This document shows, one piece after another, positions 60,201-64,000 of a DNA stretch of 64,000 bases. How positions within the stretch are numbered: the first letter of the stretch is position 1; each line of letters begins with the position of its first letter. The stretch is from Candidatus Omnitrophota bacterium. GTDB taxonomy: Bacteria; Omnitrophota; Omnitrophia; Omnitrophales; Aquincolibacteriaceae. The stretch is from the NCBI GenBank assembly GCA_022709525.1, contig JAKLIQ010000005.1, forward strand, positions 7,626-71,625, read 5' to 3'. Both the position numbers and the translations under genes were made by a program. Below the pieces are notes generated by a model. It was not told the origin of the DNA. It saw only the letters and a program-made list of their open reading frames with translations, and did not search any database.

Positions 60201-63200
60201 GAACGGCGCGTTTTTCTCTAAGACGCGAGAAAAAGTTAAGGCCTTGTTTCAGGAGAATTTCCCGCCCACGCTGGTCAAAAAGCGCCGGAAGAATTTCCCT
60301 GGCAAAGTTATGGTTTAGTTTCTTCCCATTTTTGGAATCGGACGGAAGCGAACGGGCAAGATATTCAAGGAGCGCTGAAGCTGCCTCATCAAATCCTTTT
60401 TTCCGGGCAAGCTCAAGAATCTCATGAAACCCGCTCTGGTCCAGTCCCTTATCCGATTCAAGAACCCGGAGAACCTCGTCTTGCTCCATGGGTGAAAACG
60501 TGAGGAAACGCCTTACTTCCTGAAGAGAAACGGAAAATTCCTCGTAAAAATCCGTATGAGACGGGGGCGCTCTGGCGGGCAGGGCGTCCTCCATCAAGTG
60601 CCCAAGCTCGTGCTCAAGCTCCATCAAAAGAAGTTTAGAGGAACGAAAAAGATCGACGTCAAGCGTAATGACGGACGTCAGAGGCATTGCATGAGCCATA
60701 CGGTCGTGGTTTTGGACGATTTCGATTTCGCGGATCCCGCGAAGTGCCGGGTCATAGCCAAGACGGCGAACCTCCTCGATAACCTCAAGCAGACGCTCGG
60801 CATTACGCCGGCCAAATTTGCCGTTAGAAGTTTCTACGTCCTGATAACGGATACTTCCTTCAGCCGTAAGCCGAAAACGGGCAAGCTGCTCTGAGGAAAT
60901 GTGGTCCTCACGGACCGTTTTCAAAATGGGCGAGGTTTTACGGCGCTTTTTTAAATCCATCCTGAATTTAACGCTTCCCATCCCAAGACCCAAAAGCGCG
61001 ATGGAAAGCAGGTAATAAGGAAGGTAATCTTTACCGACATTAATGAGATCCGGCAAAGTTTTCTCGCGGAACCTCAGATTCTGAAAAACTTTCTGGGATT
61101 CCTGATAATCAACTTTCCAGAGAATGGAAAGCGCAACCCCCGCAAGTTCCGGATCGTCAGCCTGCCAGATCACTTTATAAAGAATATTAACCGTGTCATC
61201 TTTCTCAAAAGAACCTAATGATTCGATCAGAAGCGAGCGCATGGCGGGATCAGCCGTATTGCCAAGCTCGCGAACAAGCGCTTCTGCTCCGGCTTCTTTC
61301 ATCTCACGAAGCGCGGGCGTTGCCGCCTCGCGCCAATCCCGGTAACCGGATTGGACCGCGAAAAGAAGCGTCTTTGCTCCCATTTCTCCAAGCGACGTCA
61401 GATGCGTTTTCGCAAGGTCACGTTCACTAGAATTCTCTGAAAGAAGAAGGGTGGCTAAATAGGCGAGTGTTTTGGCGTCCTTGGAAGCGGTTACTTCCTC
61501 CCGCCCCTGCTTACGGAGATCATCGCTTGAGGAAAGGAGCTTTGTCCGAGTCCCCTCATTCGCCTGAAGAACACCCAGACGCTCCAGTGAAAAAGCGGCC
61601 GCAAGCCGGACATCGAAAGATGGATCGTTTAAATATTCCTCTTGAAGACGAATGATCCGAGGTTCCTTTTCAAACCGGCCAAGCGCGGAGGCGATCGCGC
61701 GTCTTACAAGCGGATCGGAGTCGTTTTTATGCTTTAAAAGATCTGCTATTGTTTTGGGAACGCTTAGTTTTCCAAGCGTAAGAGCGGCCTCGCGCCTCAC
61801 TTTAGAATCGGGGTCATCCAAAAGCTGTGACAGTTCTCCAACCGCCGGTTTTGCATCCAGAAGTCCTAATCCCGTCACCGCGGTCCGCCGTGTAAAAGCA
61901 TCCGGATCTTTCAGAAGAAGGACGAGCGACGCACCGCCGCGCGCGTCCCCGGAAAGGGCAAGGGCAATCGCGGCGTTTTTCCTGACACGCGGGCTTGAAT
62001 CTTCGAGGGCACGGATCAAAGAACCAATTGCGCTCGGATGAGGGAGTGAGGCCAAAGCAATCGCTGAGCGCCAACGAACGTCCTCGGTTTCATGAGTCAG
62101 TCCGCGGATGAGATAGACGGCGCTTGCTTCAGGTTTCCCGATTTGAATCAGCGCGCCTTGGGCCGCTTCACGCACTAAATAAGAACCGCTTCCAAAGGCT
62201 TCAACCAGCGCGGGGATGGCGGGCTCTCCGATTCCCGCGAGGACGTCAATTGCCGCTTTGCGCGTTGCGGGGTGCCAATGCTCGAGTTTCTGGATAACAA
62301 ATGGAACGGCAGGCCTACCGATCCTTATCAGAACCGAACGCGCATATTCACCCAGGGTTTTGTGAGACAAATCATCGATGACCACCGAAATGGAAGGCTC
62401 GCCGATGCTGCTGAGAGAATCCACAAGCGCTTCTTTACTCACCTTTGATTTTTCATCCGAAACGGTTTTTTTAAGCGCACCATAAAGGGCCTTGGCCGCG
62501 TCACGCTCATGAAAGCTTCCAAGCGAGCGAATGGCGACATGAACCACCTCATTATTTGAATCGTCGAGAAGACGGATCAAAGGCGCGAGCGCGGCTGAGT
62601 TTCCGCTTATTCCGGTGACGCGGGCGGAAATCTCGCGCACATTATCATTTTTGGACTCCATGCCCTCAAGAAATGGAGCGATATCTTTTTTGGATAAAAT
62701 AATCAAAGCATCGGTAAGCTCCTCTTTTGCCCGAGGCTGGCTATACGACGAAAAGTAATAATCGGCTGTCCCTTCGAGCAAGGGGCGGCTTGCGCTTGGG
62801 TCGCCGATCGCGGCAAGAAGTTTGGCGCCTGCAATAAGATCCAGCTTCTTTTCTTTAATCTGGGAAAGAAGCGGACCGACGGATTCAACTCCGAGCGCTT
62901 CCGGGTAACGGGCAAGCTCTCCGGTCGCAAACTGGGCAATGTTCTTCTCCGAATCCGAAAGCGCAAGTTTCAAGCTTGCGATCAGGTAATCGCTTCTCGT
63001 TTGAACTCGTTTTGAATCGCACGCCAGAATGCCAAGCAGGATCTCGACTTCTCTTATCGCGCGTCCTCCGGGGATTTTTTCAAGCGCCTGCGCAGATAGT
63101 TTTCGGCTCGTCCAATCGCTTGAAAAAAGAAGCTCTTTCAGCGGAGGGATGAACGACGTACTCCTCATATCCCCAAGAATCTGAATAGCTGCATAGCGGG

Positions 63201-64000
63201 TGGACGGATCGGTGGAACTTAAATTCGAAATCAGAATTTGCCGAGCCGAGGAATCGCCGGATTCATTTAAAAGTTTCGCGGCGTTCGCATGAGAAAGACC
63301 TGTTTCATCGGGTTTATTTCTTAAAACTTTTTCAAGTCTCTCAAGGACGGATCTTGAAGCTGCTCTCTTTGCCTCCGGCTTCAGCTCAAAAAGGCGGGCG
63401 ATCAACACGGGATCGCTGAGCTTCTCGAGTCCGGGTCCGAAATATCCCTTTTCGTAAAGCAAAATAAGAGCCCTGTCCCCCGCGTTGGTTTTGTCGCGAT
63501 TTGCCAAGTCAAAAAGCGCCGTTCTGGTTCTTTCCCCGTCATCCAATCTTCCAAGCGCTTCCGCCGAGGCAAAACGCACGTCGGAATCCTTATCTCCGGT
63601 TCTTTCAATCAGCTTTGGAATCGCGCTCCTCTCCCCAAACGCTCCCAGCACCTCAACCGCCGCCTTGCGAAGTTTCCATTCATCATGATTCAAAAACGGA
63701 TTAAGCTGATCGGCCTTGGATCGTACCAGCCTTACCGCGGCCTCGCGGGCTTTTGAATGAACGGAAGAAAGAGCGCTTGAGGAATCCGAAAGAACCGTCA
63801 TCAAAAAGGAAAGGTCGGTGGATGCGCCGATCGCGCCCAGTTCGTCCAGCGCCTTGAGAGCGCTTGGTGAGCTATAGTTCCAACGGTTTGATTGATAGAT
63901 TTCCTTGAGGATCGCAATGGCGCGAGGCTCCTTAAGCAAAACAAGGGCATCCTTCGCAAGTTGCGCCTCATCCGCCGGCGCTTCTTTTAAAATAAAAAGA
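48274..64000 (-). CDS. Giant (>5221 aa, 5' end off-window) midasin-like membrane protein: HEAT repeats, HExxH, 6x MoxR-type AAA+ modules, MIDAS/VWA, HEAT repeats
   Basis: Six Walker A motifs decoded at about 59620-59660, 58520-58570, 55830-55880, 54720-54765, 53590-53645 and 52500-52530 (GETGAGKT, GPTGASKT, GESGVGKT, GETGVAKT, GETGAGKT, GPTGTGKT). Each is followed by the LVLDE(I/F)NLA Walker B and the R(I/L)HP(N/D)FRLFA(A/T)MNP sensor block. DESGSM MIDAS motif at about 50200-50240. HELGH at about 60600-60640. TM cluster at about 56250-56850 plus a single TM at about 60965-61010. PBS-lyase HEAT repeats at both ends. The frame is open to position 64000, so the true start is upstream. Confidence 0.85.
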   Translation of the reverse strand, partial: LFILKEAPADEAQLAKDALVLLKEPRAIAILKEIYQSNRWNYSSPSALKALDELGAIGASTDLSFLMTVLSDSSSALSSVHSKAREAAVRLVRSKADQLNPFLNHDEWKLRKAAVEVLGAFGERSAIPKLIERTGDKDSDVRFASAEALGRLDDGERTRTALFDLANRDKTNAGDRALILLYEKGYFGPGLEKLSDPVLIARLFELKPEAKRAASRSVLERLEKVLRNKPDETGLSHANAAKLLNESGDSSARQILISNLSSTDPSTRYAAIQILGDMRSTSFIPPLKELLFSSDWTSRKLSAQALEKIPGGRAIREVEILLGILACDSKRVQTRSDYLIASLKLALSDSEKNIAQFATGELARYPEALGVESVGPLLSQIKEKKLDLIAGAKLLAAIGDPSASRPLLEGTADYYFSSYSQPRAKEELTDALIILSKKDIAPFLEGMESKNDNVREISARVTGISGNSAALAPLIRLLDDSNNEVVHVAIRSLGSFHERDAAKALYGALKKTVSDEKSKVSKEALVDSLSSIGEPSISVVIDDLSHKTLGEYARSVLIRIGRPAVPFVIQKLEHWHPATRKAAIDVLAGIGEPAIPALVEAFGSGSYLVREAAQGALIQIGKPEASAVYLIRGLTHETEDVRWRSAIALASLPHPSAIGSLIRALEDSSPRVRKNAAIALALSGDARGGASLVLLLKDPDAFTRRTAVTGLGLLDAKPAVGELSQLLDDPDSKVRREAALTLGKLSVPKTIADLLKHKNDSDPLVRRAIASALGRFEKEPRIIRLQEEYLNDPSFDVRLAAAFSLERLGVLQANEGTRTKLLSSSDDLRKQGREEVTASKDAKTLAYLATLLLSENSSERDLAKTHLTSLGEMGAKTLLFAVQSGYRDWREAATPALREMKEAGAEALVRELGNTADPAMRSLLIESLGSFEKDDTVNILYKVIWQADDPELAGVALSILWKVDYQESQKVFQNLRFREKTLPDLINVGKDYLPYYLLSIALLGLGMGSVKFRMDLKKRRKTSPILKTVREDHISSEQLARFRLTAEGSIRYQDVETSNGKFGRRNAERLLEVIEEVRRLGYDPALRGIREIEIVQNHDRMAHAMPLTSVITLDVDLFRSSKLLLMELEHELGHLMEDALPARAPPSHTDFYEEFSVSLQEVRRFLTFSPMEQDEVLRVLESDKGLDQSGFHEILELARKKGFDEAASALLEYLARSLPSDSKNGKKLNHNFAREILPALFDQRGREILLKQGLNFFSRLREKRAVQGFMRQDGLDPVAAKAIVILHEKIRHARLNGNGHGESVPLTIRDLRRFVDFYKRFAPVWGRTRAVVYGAFYIYGSRGFSDGDQPEILAALKEVDLDTIALLDEATHKVRMSAEGVLDEALNGVGKIASDGQTVRIGRVKLPVNYDPLVPSRVPFKKTSGMIHIPRTVRDLETIAEAVALNHPLLLVGETGAGKTSLIRHLASLTNNGFLRLNLNGQTDKDEFLGSHKPVRRSDGSAGFEWHDGILIEAMRSGDWLVLDEINLADPAVIERVRYLLESEGYLVLSEHEGEKWISTHAYDRLIREELKKNPGRSVEEISRELQNRKIFKIHPNFRLFATMNPPSEEYEGRKRLSEAMMNKFMVKWIPELSATDIRMILEGRYGWNEKQLDLGEALYKELRTLSGSDGRIAKETGEIYCFTVRHFLRLAERLHEWEARRAKSSSESEFKKELGLEAAYIFRDGIQSERSREIFNQKIGKILPLPFDGRVIDAGDLNGGHMFQVGETILPVDLAKRTLLREEKLALVPATRSSLDKIARAVSAGERPLLVGPTGASKTSLVRYLANRTGREFKRVNLDAFTDTSELIGKDSPAEGTKTFEWSPGILLRAMEAGDWVLLDEFNLAEPEILERLNSLFDDEGSLTVTEHKGEKYIPSSEFDSILERYSLELQKLGRTKDAAEQEAKARMVTGGYHRIHPDFRLFAAMNPEKGYAGRRRLSLAIRNKFTEIWVSGELKPEETDEVARFYLTEPALFSGMRLPDDLAGKAAPLMRQIHEGVLRLIREHRIGALELARGEGEDYSFSLREIKDWADFIRTEALVIGKETLAGQMIELEEDIRRISEKIPRSTPDSIEKAEQEADLLQHTKTLDYLKRMNATDEGRREWGLSRTIIEGALYIYRDRLQSESDREIFRDLVLKEVMTSEAQRVLGGEEVDIQGLDILEESLRGLASIAERIVSEHPELAETEAGIELLVLRKRFWEFTSNFPQKARDALNQIMKNLERFETAADGVRGFAMLPIPEKKSQDENYLSVVETLTRTALFNSRPDIRKAAIEVAGHRRIISMIGEIVPFLEDPDQGTRLTAALVLVERLGWQDWKKEANDRIKKRPGNLSFRETISRLIKSKEAGDYLGLFAFLKEKRTLASIACVAGAVSVFMTPYLLGAKGYSGLLALISYPLSFLAVSAGIGLGLALLFKLVYAVIYLPQYLLLNKRYRSLPLTPDDFYALLERKGTGDFLRSGISAQTVSELLKHPAARLYSLSAVALGAVWGWFFLSHSGADALPVIPIWLAWPPVLWAITMTALGFTSYFVASLLPVGILMLKEMIYAPLRSFVIERITSKTDAFFKPEIPYSKETQDLLRGLRHQIGKRLEKTEDDLNEEDFKAVLKGNVIRKTDQGLLINTILIPYGKKGAVSNDVPVDDESTNLIPVLSTVRNVKKLALAIQLNDPVLLIGESGVGKTSLVRYLAAQTRHNFKRFNLNGQTDKTEFVGGFKPGPDGRFRWVDGILVKAMEAGHWLVLDEINLADSQVIERINSLLDDDRELRLTEQGNVIWIPADRYDRKLAEYEAVWKDSPLAKKRLYEDGFRRIHPDFRLFAAMNPSDYAGRKLLSPALLNRFRVKWVNNFTDLEEKAILNERFPDELGNFIFGISLLKSLIQGHVLLSDAAFHRRVGNLESDPYYFTLRDLLRVMRRAQKRIAQAGPFGATELVAQEFTEVYTDRIRQDSERRDVRFAIIENVFREDAKDDEKPVAAKSASKPLALDDANDEIKTANDKVFFGDISLDINRAVTPHVPGNEAELFQTKTTRKLLKKIAKSVAMREPVLLIGETGVAKTSLIRDLAHRTGNSFIRMSLDAQTDTSEIIGKFVPVDGGEKHGKTTPDKATFAWHPGELAKALKNGWWVLFDEVNLAEPDILERINSLLDDDGSIVITENENEKYVPLRDYEDKVKTKKDKLVEKGVPSAQAEIEAKAELEANRIFPIHPGFRLFAAMNPEHYSGRNRLSLAMRNKFQELWVPERLPDGEVHEILNRYLARYTSLSAADRSTLARKMTDFHNQLAQPKNELEQKAFSSYRFSMRELKSWARFIGKFSNQEGTDQAALHGARYFYGDQLKHENDRKLFDQILERTFGEAKKEDEVRIEAGAGRVKIDGVELNQHADSARPLVPTEASSNLVLTPKTVRELEKVARSIVLDDPLLLVGETGAGKTSLIRYLAYLTRSPFLRLNLSGQTEKTEFLGKHHPDEAGEFTWSDGMLIQAMREGQWLVLDEINLAPAQVVERLNSLLDDDGFVIVTEHEDEKWMKPDRYDALLEKEVETELGKGNKNNRETLKLLMKEHLDSERIFRIHSDFRLFATMNPAENYAGRQLFSPALMNRFRQKWIDVFDEAELRAIALGKYGASLPQNFIEQALRFHMEAGKLARNGFGKDSEASSQSDAIVLYTVRHLIRWLDRVKEIRQNPAHKESLNQAAVREGFEIYADGLSDGVAFEARLRDWIREHLEKAFQEKIKDDEDVQIREEKDGVWFGDVFFKRNGVSETFVPALPLKRTQSTKKLMRKIVRAARQNEPILFKGPTGTGKTAIVKEVADLLHIPFIPLDLDGQSDTGQIIGRMLPSEDKKTLRYEWQDGFLIQAMERGWWILLDEINLAEPEVIERINSLLDDDRTLTLSEHNNRTIKVHPNFRLFAAMNPDHMEGRKMMSQAMLNKFHLVWVGDDKTQAEKEEIVTHYFNQNGVASMQRSEARQEGEKPRSFLQTMKTDYRNYLMNRVVERARIVSQFFGADFNVRMEPGDQWQINMKTKPMTIMYPEEELLSKGWRYSVGAAIHEGSHRRITWFTREWADNVYRHFLHNAVEDVRVNRWALYRAPNAARYLKVLYSKAFPEDPKEKFDDYKTPLHVQYGLGLIHEWYYGTPHPSITNPKVIQALKRTRKDLVEAHSQIPGSVRVSREDDKLVFERPVLRGFARQLLVMPKVGKQLLIKDRFIQAVSRPSEHEFILTTALGQELLDFRRGESFQFLVDMNPNDVDVMQAQYRMNRILEEKIRPVYDELVQEARQNQMKGMARTGQGRSGAQGSAQGQAEGELEQKTKSYSEKLEPKFPRDLKNENVAIDKRGKETGNSAMANRPLERMPNGTVNEQEGSSQEQGKSDGAREGQQKAQGAAQKSPAGPEKQGRSQSSQAGEQSSQTRSAKPAAKGGSPSDKSRDMGTQGEPASQETQRGASQEGQPLESVPNDEFRKQFGQDARQVEQYLSKSIEARKIVPLEATDYSEYFAPVAPLVQQLFGLLENQLHKDIKPTYKGDFETGTKLNLRKAMTMPVTGDTKIWKRRIKPVKRSFKFSLVVDESGSMDESVKRINAIHSLVLIQEVLSRLDIDFSIVGFSNSPTTHKNFSSKFKHLRKEYLLSEILASFNRGGGTNDGAAVSEAVRQLTYEDGESRIAIVITDGEGNGETPLSSALEEAKRKGIKVVGIGIGDAMHYVKTQYRPYILVPEVRELPKVLAKLLIDIIVYKKPIEEVGLDSLKRIDLERVKPSEPPKPSPASDISSAGEAPKVAEPPDAPVLKQSGVSRLREKLGDAVGKIFNGSGLDGSGYSSKAISEKTSYDVPDSGNRSRERKDSSRSEARSELREHVQAFDVKEAIAKNLLGSGEITAPDQAQDALKKREEAIYELIKIGKPAVLPLINALASSSLTTRLGAIQALAAIGDQRAIGSLNQLAQAVELKEAARLAVQTIEARPGTSESETVTGEKNQELHAARGDKSRSFEIPSVGRVIETFDSKMALSLVETLLRQTTLKVDLDVESLMEKNEGRVRLLGWGFMEILKTLEEKLPNEFLERIKIRLVNLNPAIRTHEIEQAFGITPELRSLVEITNVPVRHMSFMGIEPFIGKDALKIASEHNLALWKEHADILVKAPGKDELIDGRKLFLMALLHRALGRKLSGSLQIAAEKLLRELGGSSDGKPSYFTAENKAALGMEFISQMDRANKLLASMA

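Larger units (their letters stand above)
3860..64000. mobile_element. Integrated conjugative element-like island inserted in comM (partial; right end beyond window)
   Basis: comM is truncated at about 3860. A large serine recombinase plus Xis-like HTH sits directly adjacent. A Trb/VirB T4SS, T4CP, replication-relaxation protein, R-M module and accessory genes follow. No comM 3' portion was found anywhere in the window. Confidence 0.65.

Noticed and set aside
1-64000. CRISPR arrays, tRNA or rRNA genes
   Set aside because: No regularly spaced direct repeats and no tRNA- or rRNA-like sequence noticed. comM, rather than a tRNA, is the integration target here.

Overview
This window appears to be mostly one large integrated mobile element (ICE-like) inserted into a comM/yifB Mg-chelatase-like gene. 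Every call below rests on motif recognition by eye, not database searches. Left flank (1-2800): chromosomal accA, a LysM plus L,D-transpeptidase gene, and a divergent PAP2 gene. The comM 5' fragment (2806-3879) is cut after the NPCPC motif. A large serine recombinase plus excisionase-like HTH follows directly, with an imperfect inverted repeat at the junction, a putative att core. The comM 3' half is not in the window, so the element is at least 60 kb and its right end is off-window. Inside the element, in order: (i) cargo, namely a secreted CBM-like protein, a lipoprotein, a DUF1016/YhcG nuclease, a sugar-phosphate nucleotidyltransferase, and a tripartite TolC-like OMF / processive GT2 synthase / HlyD-like MFP polysaccharide export module. 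(ii) A P-type (Trb/VirB-like) type IV secretion system in Ti-plasmid trb order, trbC-D-E-J-L-F-G-I, with no VirB11/TrbB seen. (iii) A ~53-bp conserved promoter-like element about 85-92 bp upstream of three operon starts; GGAAC-N16-CGTT spacing is preserved in all three copies (ECF-sigma-like). Copy B lies immediately downstream of a small regulator with two tandem sigma-70 region-4-like HTH domains. (iv) Hypothetical genes, including a MoxR AAA+ ATPase paired with a VWA protein carrying HExxH, and two tandem Cys-rich paralogs. (v) RadC, a PC4-like ssDNA-binding protein, the VirD4/TraD-type coupling protein and a replication-relaxation family protein. (vi) A distinctly AT-richer nested module: Dcm m5C methyltransferase, PLD-family restriction endonuclease, Z1-domain NTPase, Vsr. 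(vii) LacI and XRE regulators, a DUF1232 protein, a glycoside-hydrolase-like protein, and a giant ORF of more than 5221 aa that runs off the window end. The giant ORF contains N- and C-terminal HEAT/PBS-lyase repeats, an HExxH motif, six tandem MoxR/midasin-type AAA+ modules split by a polytopic membrane segment, a low-complexity linker and a MIDAS/VWA domain. That is a midasin-like architecture in a bacterial membrane protein, and the most novel candidate here. All genes are on the minus strand except the comM fragment and the XRE gene. No rRNA, tRNA or CRISPR was seen.
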